64,000 nt of DNA, taken from Candidatus Omnitrophota bacterium (GTDB lineage Bacteria > Omnitrophota > Gorgyraeia > Tantalellales > Tantalellaceae). Positions 10,001-22,000 of this stretch are shown here, piece by piece (position 1 is the stretch's first letter; every line of letters starts with the position of its first letter). Position numbers and translations under genes: made by a program. The stretch lies in the NCBI GenBank assembly GCA_049643885.1, contig JBARQV010000020.1, forward strand, positions 10,670-74,669, read 5' to 3'. The notes beneath the pieces are model-generated. The model saw only the letters and a list, made by a program, of their open reading frames with translations. It ran no database searches and was not told the DNA's origin.

Positions 10001-13000
10001 GCGCGGAAACTGCTCTAACATGGAGAGCAAAAGAGTTGGGCGGCCTTTCTTTGTTCCATTACATAGAACTTAAAATGATGGGATTTGAACAGCTTGAGGC
10101 CCTGGCAAGAGAGGACAGGACTGACCAGCATAAGATACTCAAAAGTGCGAAGATGGATCAAGCCATAGGTTATGAAGAAAATATGCAAAAGGCCGCGAGA
10201 GAAGAGGCCGAGCGCAAGATGTCCCCAGAGGTCAAGAAAAAGAGAGAAGACGCCGCGGTCCTAGCCAAAAAAGACGCTGTCGATAAAGTCAGGGGCGTGT
10301 TTGTCAGTATACACACGCAGGTACAGGCCGAACTGAGCAAAGTCCAGGGCCTGATCGATTCAGGCAAGCTTGATGATGCAGCGAGCCTTATGAAAAAGAT
10401 ATATTCAAGGCTTGAAGATCAAATAAAAGCGGCAACGGGTAAAGTAGGAAAAACATCTCCGGAGATGCTCAATGAAAAGGCTGTCCAGGAAGCCCTGGAA
10501 ATGGCTGAGCTAGCTCCTAATGCCCTGAATAGGGAACTTTTAAGATCGCTTATGAACCGCGATGCGGGAGCGTTTCTAACGGCCTTGGGGAACGCTCAGA
10601 AGGGCCTTGACCTGGACGGAAGGCCTATAAAAACCACAGCGGATGCGGAAAGGGCAATGCAGGAGGCGAAGAGAAGACAGGAGGCCGCATATGGTTCCTG
10701 GCTTGCAGCTGGATATGAAGACCTGGCCTTTCAGTATATGAGACGCGCGGGGGATAGGTATAAAGACAGGGTCATGATAGAAAGTCTTGGCCGTGAGATT
10801 AAGATCAATACAGGCTTCTTATTATTTGATCTCATCGATGCCGTCAACGGTTACCGGCAAGGAAAGGTCAATGCCAATGTTATTATGCTTTTGACCCAGC
10901 TTTATCAGGTATCCCTGGATGCTAATGCTGAGGCTAAGGGAACTAAGGCGGCCAAATGGGCCGATCATCTGATGAGCGGATTAAAAAATGCGCAGGAGAG
11001 GGCGAAAGACCCTAAAGACCCGCTTCTGGAACAACGTAAGGATAAGGTCAGGAATCTTGATATTGGTAGTTTTATGGGTGAGATCGGCGGGATCATAAAA
11101 GTAGCGCGTGGCGAAAAAGCTAAGGCAGTCGAAAAAGCCCCAGCCGCCCCGGCGGCAGCAGCTGAAATCGAAACAACAAGTTCTGAATTCGCGAGCAATG
11201 TGATGAAAGCGGTCCAGGCCAGACTCGATGCTATTGTGGGTAAAGGCAAAATAGCTGCTAAAGTTCGGGAATACATCGCCCGTAATTATGTAAAAGTTCT
11301 GGGCAGGAGATACAAAGCTATAAGCGCAGACAGAATAGTCCCTGCGATAAATATTTTAATGAGAAATGAAGCGGAAGTTATAAAAATGCTCGAGGAGGCG
11401 CAGACCAGGGTGCTTGAAGCGCTCCACGAGGAAGCTGTGAAGTTTTATGATGAAAAGATCGCGATCCACGTTTCCAAAGCGAAAACTGCCGCTGACTACC
11501 TGCAGGAAGAAGGCTTATACAGTCAGCTGAGAACAAAGATGCAAGCCGCGATAGAAGTGCGTAAAAAAGGCGCCGAAGCAGGTGTTATTCTACGCGAATC
11601 CGGGATCATTGAAAAAATGGATAGCCTGGAGACAGATGGAATTAAAATGGCGGATGATGGCATAACAACGGCGCAAAAACGTCGTGCGAAATTAGCCGAG
11701 GCAGAAGCAAAGAAAAAAGTCGCCCCTGCCGCACCGGTCGCAGCTAAGGCAGAGGCGGATAGACGAGCTGCCGAAGCTAAGGCAGAGGCAGATAGAAAAG
11801 CCGCTGAAGCCAAAGCTAAGGCAGAGGCAGATAGACGAGCTGTTGAAGCAAAGGCAGAGGCAGATAGACAGGCCGCTGAAGCCAAGGCAGAGGCAGATAG
11901 AAAAGCCGCTGAAGCTAAGGCAGAGGCAGATAGAAAAGCCGCAGAAGCCGAAGCTAAGGCAGAGGCGGATAGACGAGCTGCCGAAGCTAAGGCAGAGGCA
12001 GATAGAAAAGCCGCTGAAGCAAAGGCAGAGGCAGACAGAAGAGCCGCTGAAGCCAAGACAGAGGCAGAGAGACGAGCCGAAGCAGAGGCCGAGGCAAGGA
12101 GAGAAGCCGAAGATGCCGAGGCAAGAAGGGAAGCCGAAGATGCCGAGGCAAGGAGGGAAGCCGAAGATGCCGAGGCAAGGAGAGACGCCGCAGAGGCCGC
12201 GGCCAGAGCCAGGGCTGAGGACGACGAGTGGGTAGCGGCTGAGCAGGAGATAAAGGATCTAAAGGCAAGGATCGAAGAGACCAGGGCTGATGCCAAAGCT
12301 GCGCGGGAGAAGGCTGAACAGCTGCAGGCAGACACCGGAGTGGCCATTTCCCCGGAAATGCGGGATGCTGCACGTGATGCTAAAGCGCGCCTGGACGCTG
12401 TCCAGAAAGATCTGGATGAAGCAGAAGCGGCAAGAGAAGAGGCCGCCAAAGAAGTAGACGATTTAAAGGAAAAAGCAGACGACCTGGCCAAAAAGGCCGA
12501 AGAAGCCGAAAAAGCCCCCGCCACCCCGGCGGCTGTAGTAGGAAAAGCGATCAGTCCCGAAGTACAGAAGGTGTTAGATGAGGGCGGTGTCGAGAGGTTT
12601 ATAGAAAAGAGGTTAGGAATTATTAGTCGTAATGAGACCGCTAATGCTATTCTTATGCTGGAAGAATTTTGTAACAGTCTTATCGAAAAAGGCATCGATC
12701 CGGCATCAGTTTTTGACGCCAAACAATTGTCAGATTTTAAAGCAAATATGGCTAACGGAATAGCACTTTTTAGCCAAATTGCGACTAATAAACAAATGAA
12801 AGCAACAGATTTTGCTAAGCAACTTGATGCTCTGATTATTGATAAGACATCTCCAATTGCCTCATCCTATTATGAACTTTTTGCAAAGTACATAAACATG
12901 GCGGAGCCAACATCGGCAGGTAGGGAAGCACGAGCTGGTAAAGTAAAAGAAGCGTTTGCTATGGCTATGGCTGGATTTATCAGAAGCGGTCTTGTGAATG

Positions 13001-16000
13001 CTATTGATGCTATTGAAAAAGGCCCTGCCGCTGAAGCCGCTCCCGCGGTAAGCGTCGCCGACCTCAAGGCAGAACTGGAAAAAGCAAAAAAAGAACTGGC
13101 CGCCGCCGAGAAAAAACTCACCGAGCAGCAAGGTAAAAAGTCCGAGAAGGAAGACGCAAGGAGCCAGGCCGCTGCTGCCGTGGCCGAGGCAGAAGCCAAG
13201 CTTGAAAAAGCCCTGGCGCAAGCGCCGGCGGAAGAAATGCCCGAGCAGGCCCGGGAGTTAAGGAAAAGGGCGGAAGGAGCGGAGGCTCAAGCGGGAAATT
13301 TACAGGAAAAGCTTAATGCCGCCATGGCAAGAGTCGAGAGAATGGCTCAGGCGAGAGCCGATCGAGCAGCGACTTATGAAGGCGCGCGTGAAGCCGCTCG
13401 CGAATCAGCGAGCAGGGACGCGAAACGCGAAGCAGAAAGAGAAAAACGCAAAGAAGCACGAGCGACAGCTGAAAAGCGTCTGGAAGAGAAAGAAGAAGCG
13501 GACAGGGAAGTTGAAAATCTTTCCGAAGAATTCAAAAATGCAAAGCAGAAACTTATCGAGGCGGAGTGGACAGAGATGGTGGCCGAGAAAAAAGCGGAAG
13601 ACACGGAATTTAAAGACGCATTGGAACAGGCCGCCGCCAGGGCGGAAAAGCCAAAAACGGATAAAGAAGTCAAAGTCGCCGAAGCCGTTAATGTCTTTGA
13701 TGAAATTGAATCCAGCCAGAAAGAGGCGGAACAAGCGCAGAGGGAAGAAAAAGACGCGCAGGAACGCTTAGATCAATGGAAAAACATTGCGTCAGACGTT
13801 AAGGCGCGGGTCGAGATATCGGAAGAACTTCAAAAGGATGAAGCTAAGCGGCTGGAAGCGGACAGCGCGCGTGAAAAAATGAAAGAAGCACAGGATAGAG
13901 TCGCAAGCCGCGAAGCTGGTATTAAATCGGTGGAAGATGCTGCCGATCTTATGGAAATCGACGTAAAGAAGCAGGCTGAGAAGGTCGCAGACGCGGACAT
14001 AAAAAGACTCCAGGGCGAACTTGCTTTTGCTGACGAAGAATTAGAAAATTCGGAAGAAGCACTTAAAAAAGTCAGGCAGCGTCTGCAATCCGAGGACGAA
14101 ATAGAAAAAGACGCAAAAGGAAGGCTGACCTCCGATGCTGCCGCAAAAGTGTTGCGTCTCGAGGATGCACTAGCCAGGAAAAAAGCAGAAATAAACAATA
14201 AAGTAGCTCTCGGTCTTGGTGAATGGGGCAAACTGGGATTGAATACCGGAGATCCTAAGTTAAATGCTGAAAGAAAGGCAGCGAAAGCGAAAGCCGAAGC
14301 CGCACGAGATGCCCTGGAGGAGGCGTTGGAGAAGGCACTTGGCAAGGCGAGAGAAGAGGTGAAAAAAGAATACAGAAAGGAAATCGAAACGCTTACCGAA
14401 GAAATAGGATCCAGAAAGGAAGAAAAGATTTCACTGGCAGCCGATATAAAAGGACTGCAGGAAGGAAAAAAAGACGGGAGTATTGCTGAAAAAGCGCTTG
14501 ATAAGCGCGACAAAGATGACCCAGACGGGCGGACTTTTAGGGAACAGATAGAAATGCAAAGAAGACAGGCGGAGTTAGATAGGAAGGACCTGGAAGCGGA
14601 GAAAAATAAACTCGAGGAAGCGGAAGAAGCATATTATAAAGTAGTCGATGGAATTGAGGTTGAGGTCGATGAGGAAATAGGCAGGCTCAGCATAAGACAG
14701 GCGAATGAAAAATTGGCGGAAGCGGAAGAATCGGCGCGCCTCGCAAGGGAAAAAAGAGAAGGGCTTGATAAGCATTTACAGGAAGTTACCGAAAAGGCGG
14801 CAGCAGCGGCTGTGGCAGCCGGTCTTCAAATTGTCGGCGGAAGATTGGTGTCTCAGGAACTTATAAAGGTAAGAAGGCAATATGAAATAGCGCAGAAAAT
14901 AAAGGCAAGGCGAGAAGGAAGAGTCTCGGAACTTGAAAAGAAACTCGCGGAAGCCGAAAAAGCGTCCCGCGAAGCTGAAGCGGAAATTGCCAAAGCAGAA
15001 GAAGCCGCTCCTGAAGAAAGAGCCCCTCCTGAAGCCAAAGAAGCAGAAGCCCCTCCTGAAGCCAAAGAAGAAGCCCCTCCTGAAGTCAAAGAAGAAGCCC
15101 CTGCCCCTGAAGACGCTACTGCCCGTGCCCGTGCCAGGATAGATAAAATACTGGCTGAAAGCACCAGGGCGGAAGCCATAAGCCTTCTTATCGTTCTTTC
15201 GAGAAGCGATGACGCTATCGAGGCGAAGCTCGCCCGGGAAGCCCTCGGCAATCTTCTTGAAGGCAAAGACAAGCTATCGGGCGATGTCAATAACCTTTTG
15301 ACTACGAGTGAAGGCAGGGAGGAGCTGCTGGTAATATACAACCGCCTTCGCGGTCAAACCCTTGACCCTGAAATATCAGCGGAAGAGCTTGCAAAGGTAC
15401 AGGAGTCCATAAAAATAATCGAAGCGATCCTTTGGTCCGCTTTACTGAAAACCGCAGATCCTGCTGTCACCGAAGGCGCGATTGATGTAAGCCGCCGTCA
15501 TATAGAAGCGGTGAGCGCATTACTCCAATCAAGAATAAAAAGGTTAGGAGCTGAACTTGATGATCTTCTCGCAATGGGAGATCAAAAGAATCCGATAGAC
15601 CTTCTCAGGCAGATAAGTGAGGCCAGGAGGATTGAAAAAGAGCTCAAGGCATGTGAAACCGCCATTAAGGATATAAACGATCGCAGGATCAGTCTCATGT
15701 CGGATACCCAGGTCCAGCTCAGAGATGAAGACGGGAAATTCATATTAGAGGATGTGTATAAAAAGATCGATGAGCGTGAGATCGAACTGAAACTCGCAAA
15801 AGACAAACTGACACGACTCAAGTCCAGGAACAGCTATTTTCTAATGACCATCAAATGGGGCTCGAAAGAGACAAAGAAAACGCTTGAGGATAAGAAACCG
15901 CTGGAGGCCGAAGGCCCGGACGGGAGGACATATTATGTCAATGCCTCGACAGGCCAGGCGGATAGATACAGCCAGGAAATAGTAGATGAGGCGTCCAAGC

Positions 16001-19000
16001 TTCGCGACGAAGTTTTGGGCATGAGAGAGATCGCCAAAGCCGTTGTAAAAAAGATGGCCTGGTGGAGGTGGGGCTCATTGGTAGCCTTGGTAACCGGAAA
16101 GAAAGCAAAGATCCGGAATGAGCTGAAGGACAGGCTGCAGGAATGGGCGCTACTATTGATGGAACTGCTTCCGAAAGAACAAGCGGATAGATTCAAGGAT
16201 GAACTGAAAATAATAGGCGAATACAACGAAAAAGAAAAGACGTTCACGATTCATGAAGGTTTCGATTTCAAAAATGCCGTCGATATTATAGATTATCTGG
16301 CCAAGGTATCTATGGTAACCGTCGGCATGAAGACCGAAGAGAGAACGGAAGAAGGAGTGACGAGAAAATTCTATTCATTCGATGATACGGCCGTTTCGCT
16401 GGGAACCGTGGACAAGGTATCGAAAGAAGTCGGTTCAGTCATGCATAAACTTAACCAGATACTGAATCCCGAACCAGTTTCCGATGAAGTCGATAAAGTC
16501 AGCGATGAACAAAAGAAGAAGGCTCAAGAAAAGGCCACTAAAGGGTTCAGCGACCTTCTTGTCAGGATCGACGAGGCATTTGGCGGCAGGCTCGATGCTG
16601 CCAAAAAGCAGAACCTTGTGGATGCAAAGAAGCTTATCGGTGAAATACTTGAAGAGGTAGAGAAGAAAGTAAGCCGCTCGGGCGTAATAATGACAAAGAC
16701 CCTCCAGCTCATCAAACTTTTAGATAATGTTGTTTACGGAAATTCCATTGGCAAAATAAAGGAATTTCTTGAGGTGCAGCTCGGAGTCGACAAGATCATC
16801 GAAGAGAAGGACATCGATGACATTATGAGAGGGCTCGGCGTAGATGATAAGGCGGAAATAGACCAGTGCGTAAAACACGTCCTTGAAAAAGTGGACAACA
16901 CAAAGAGAAGAGAAAGGCTTGCCGAATACATTGTAAAGTTCATGCTCACCGGACATATTAAACCGGAAAAGATGGAGTTTTTTAACGTGAGCCCGGCAGA
17001 ACGTCAAGGTCTTATAGACGAAATAAGTGTAGGCATCGAGTTGAGTGAAATGATCCGCGAGAGAAAGGAGGAGATCGCTGAAGAGCTGAAAAAGAGGAAA
17101 CAGCGTTTTTCCGACCCGAATAACAAGGATAACGAGCTTGTATACGAGTTCGTTGCCCTGTACCAGATGTCCGCTCTGCTTATGAAGGGCGAGTCGCCTT
17201 TCATCGAGCAGGTCCTGACGGGTCTTTTCATGGCCGACAGCTTTTTTGTGGATATGGCTACCGGAGCGGGGAAAACGCTTTCTTTTCCTCTGGCGAACAT
17301 GCTGACCAGGTGCAATTCGGACGGCGGGAAGCATCCCGAGGGGCTCAAGAGCATGCATCTCGTCACGCACGGTTATTATACCGAGAGGGATTTCAGGGAA
17401 ACACATTTCATTTACAAGATGATGGGATATAAAGTCGCGTATCTTACTGACGAAGACAGGGAACTTGAAGCGGCGCACAAGTCCCTGGGCGATAACGATG
17501 TCGTTATAACTTCCTATTCAGCCCTTAGTTTCCTGTGCCTGGAAGCGGGCAAGATGGACAATCCCAAGAGCAAAGACTGGTTCGAGCTCCTGCAAAAGAC
17601 AAGGCTTACCTTTGACGAATGCGATGTCGCGCCGAGACTTGCCGATTTCATAACCGCGGCGATGCAGAACAAGTTGAGTTTGAAAGAATACATGAAGTTA
17701 CACGTGCTTTTCAAGACCGCCGAAAAACTGCATGAAAAAGGAGGAATAAGCGCCATATACTCCCTGTTCGAAGATAATATCGTGGGCGTCCTGGATAAGC
17801 AGGACAGGGCAAATCTTGATAAGCTTCGGAAGATGCTGGGGTTTGAAGAAGAGCCGGACCAGGTGGAGATAAACGATAAAGGGAACATCGTAATAGAAGG
17901 TAAGGAATATACGAAAAAACAGCTCAAAAAAGCCAAACAAATAGCCGTGCAGGGCTCCAAGTTTCTTGTTAAGCATTCGGATCAAAAGGGTTTTGTTTTC
18001 ACCAGGATGGAATACACCGCCCCGGTGGATCTCGACCCGCGAAAGGTTAAAAAGCGCATGGAGGATACCGGTAAGACCGAAGAGGAAGTAGAGGAAGAGC
18101 TCCGGAAAGAAGCCCTCGGTGCCAGCGGGGCGAAGATCGACCTTGTCTCGAGGAGCGCGTACGGGAACGAAAGCACCAAAGATATGGTGGCCGGGATAAT
18201 GCGCAGTATCACGTTCGGCCTGACCAGTACCCTCGGTAAGGAAGTCATAGAGGATACACCGACATGGCAGGAGTTCCTGGATGTCGTCAAGGTCCTGTAT
18301 GTAGACGAGGAAAACGTCGATTACAGGCTCAAGTACCAGGAAAAGGACGAAGTGCCCGCTATTTCGGTAAGGGAAGTCGACGGTGAAGCGGTTGTGTTCA
18401 AAGGAGAACAGATCGTCGAACCCGCTTTTAACGTGGAACGCCGCGCGGACGGTTCGGTCCGTATCGGGGATGAGACGGCGTCATATGTCATCAGCGATCA
18501 GTTTTTCAAACAAAGAAAGACCGATGATGAAAGGGTCATCTTTCTCGGTGGTAAACGGTACAGGGTCTCAAAAGGCAAGAAAGGCGGATACGAGCTCCAG
18601 GAAGTCGCTATGGAGATAGTCCTTCTTGATGAACAGACAAAGAGGGAACAGGGAAAGCAGAGGAAGGATACGTTCCACACGCTTTATGAGATGAAACACC
18701 ACCTGAAGAGAGACAGGCCGGATACGCCGGAGATAAGGGGCGATAACAAGAGTTCTGACCAGTGGAATATCGCTAACGTTGTCGATAAGGCGCATTCACT
18801 CGGTGGCGCCAGCGGATCGGTCAAGGACGCGGCAAGGGTGATGCTTGGTTTCTTCGGGAAGAAATGTAAACCCAGGATAAAGAAACTGCCCCCGCCTATC
18901 GCCAAAAAGGGAGCGCATAGACAGGGCATTTTCGTGCCGAGTGACAAAAGATTGTGGCAGGTAACGCTTAACAGGATAAAGCAGATATACACGCTTTCCC

Positions 19001-22000
19001 CAGGGGCGAGCATGATCATATACTTTGACGATATTGGCCAGGCGAAGGAGTTCGAGAAGGAACTGAATAAGATAGTGGACAACGAGGAATTCGAAAAATT
19101 GGCGGGTGGGAAAGTGAATGTGAACGTGTTCGACGACGAAGGACAGAAGGAAATAGACCTTGTCGAGCAGGCGGGAAAACGGAACACGATAACTTTAGCC
19201 GATTCAAAGCTCGGCCGTGCGACCAACGTGCGGCTTGCGGAAATTGTGGGTTTTAATCCTGCCAATTCCTCAAAAGCCCTAAGGGAATATTTAATGAGGA
19301 CACTTATAGATGAACCTGTCAGCAGGGGGGAAGTGCTGAGTGATGAAGAGAAACAAAAAACCCTGAAGACAATCGATCATTACGTCAAAGAATTCGTAGG
19401 CGTCCTGGCAGGTGTGTACCAAGAAGACGGGAAAGATAACGTAGGACTTTTTTATGAAACGGATGTCGCTTCGAGGGAAGTGAAGAGGCGCAAGGTGGAA
19501 GATTTCCTCAGGAAGATCGGCGTGGGTGAAGAAAGCGAGGTCTGGGATATAGTAAGAAGAAAATACATCGACGGACTATTTCTCATAGACCTTTCGCCGG
19601 ACGGCAACCTGCAGGCGAAAGAACAGAAGTTCGGCAGGAACATGAGGGCGGGCGATACAGGTTATGTCGATCCCATATATTCCCTACAGGAAGAGTCGAA
19701 GTTCTACACGATGGTCATGAAGCTGTACGATAAAGATTATAACCAGCAGTGGGGCCCCATACGCAGGTGGTGGAACGGAAGAATATTCACCGAATTCCAG
19801 AGAAATGTCGAAAGGCTGAAAGCGCTTGAGGAGAAAATGTACGATGAAAACGGTCATCGCAGGGCCGATGTGACCGAAAACGATCTGAATGAATGGGTTG
19901 AACTGCAGAGATATTTTTCGGATCTTCTGCTCAAGGTAAGGGTGGAGTGGCAGAGAAGGGCCGATAACGCGGCTATACGGGAAGTGAATAATAAGAGAAA
20001 GATGAGAGAAGAGCTTGAAAAGGTGAGTTTAATGCTCCCGGAGTTTTATAAAGCGGTTGAAGTTGATCCGACAGTAGCCGATGATCTAGTGATAAAAAGA
20101 CTGGAAAGGTTATTCGACAAGTATTTTGACCTGGAGCGCATGGATAAAGAAAGCGGAGTGATCGACCTTAAGGACTTGATCGGCACTATCGAACAAGAGT
20201 TCAAGCTGCGTCTCAAATTGTCGGAAAAGAGGAACCAGATCACTTTAAATCCGACAAACGATCAAGAAGCCAGGGACGAGCTCCGCTGGCGGCGGGACAT
20301 GTATATGGCGATATTTTTAAAGGCGATCGGCTCACTGGGGAGCGTAAGGATGAGCCCGAGAGAAGAGACAGTGCTTCAGGCGGGAAGGGACGCTTTCCAT
20401 CTTGAGATCGACGAAAAAGGTGTGTTAAGCCTCAAGTCACTGGTGCGAAATCAGCCTGACGGGTCAAAGGCTGAATTCAAAGCGGAAGAGCTGCCCGATG
20501 GTTCAGTGATCATCGCGGGGAAGGAATACGATGTGGTCCGTGAACCGGGCAGTGTTAAGTTGGTCGATCCGGAAACAGAACAGATCCAGTGGGAATTCAA
20601 CATAAAAGCTGGCATAAACGCGGCGGGCAGGCGGTTCTTCGCGGTGACTCTGGCGGGAGCGTATTTGGAAGCCATCAAGGAAGTATATAAGAACGGATTT
20701 GAGGCGCTTAAGTCGAAGATCATCCGCGAATTCCGGACTTACGGAAAAATAGTCAAGGTAGACACTTCAGAGAACGGCCTGGCCGATAGCGCGGAGGAAC
20801 AGGCGCTTGAAAGTTATAAGGACAGAGTCGCCGGCACTGCGACTTATGATACCGAGGCGTCTTTGGCGGTGATCGATGAGGCAGCTGAAGATATTGATAA
20901 AGGACTGGAGGAAGTTGGCGATAGACTGGCAAAGGAAAGGCAAAAGGATGAGGACCAGGGAGATAAGAGGTTGGAGAACGAACGCGGATGGGTTCCCCTT
21001 AAGCAGGAGGCCTCATCCAGAAAAGCGGCGAAAAAGGTCGAAAGAAAGGTAAGGGCGCCCCATGAACATGAAATGGGCCTGGAGATCCCCGCGCAGATCG
21101 TGGCTTCCAGGGAAAGAAATACTGATGAGGATTGGCATACCAGTGAGGTGGACCTTGATGAGGAATTTGAAGAAATGGAAGTAGAAGGAGAAAGGCCTTC
21201 CGTGGCTGCCGATGACGTGTCTGTTGCTGTGGTTGAAAAAGACCTCGCAAGAAAGGCCGGTAAGGATGATACTGCGAGGAAAGACAGGGAGAAGGAGAGC
21301 GTTGCCGCTCACAGGAGAAGGATCGTAGATGAAGGCGTGATCGATGTAAAGCATGCCGAGGGAGCGGTTGTCGCCACGAATAAAGGTGAAGTAAGACCCG
21401 TAAGCGAAGCCGAGGTGATACAGGGCGCGGACATTATAGCAGGGACGACTCCCGCCAAACCGCCTGAGCAGGTCCTGTCTGAAGGGGGAGTCGTTGTTTT
21501 TACAAGTGAAATGGCGTGGAATGAGCTTGGTGAAGCCGGACAAAAAGAGCTTATAGGAGAACTCCGTGAAAGGTTTCCCGGCATGTATGTGACATTCGAA
21601 GGCTGCGCGCCGAGAGGCGGCGCGCTCGGCACAGAAGAAGGAAGAGTTAATATTACAGGCCTGCGTGTATTCCATCCTTCCGCCGTGAAGGCGCTGGAGA
21701 AGGAAAAGGCGTCATTTGAGGATGAAGCTTTCAAGAAGGCGAAAGCGGGTGCCGAAAGAAGAGGCGAGGCGTTTACAGCGGACGAAGGTGGTGACGTGGT
21801 ATCACAGGAAAAGCTTGAAGGCGCTTTAGGCATTTCACCCAAAAAGGGTGAAAAAATATCCATCAGGAGGGTAGGAGATTCGTTTTTTCTTGTCGCCGAC
21901 ACGAAAGACGGTATTGTGGTGAGAAGTCTGGGTGGAGATGTCTATGGCCAGACAAGGCTTGCCATTGTCCGCGCGAACGAAAAGCTTTCAGCTAAGGACG

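Noticed and set aside
11746-12200. A CRISPR-like reading of the regular 33-bp repeats
   Set aside because: The repeats are contiguous with no unique spacers, they are in frame and encode a coherent peptide repeat, and no cas genes or leader are present.
11843-12235. Short + strand alternative-frame ORFs rich in R/K/Q/P (11843..12235, 13316..13771, 14933..15142, 39556..39924)
   Set aside because: These are off-frame readings of the charged repeat regions inside the giant genes, not independent genes.
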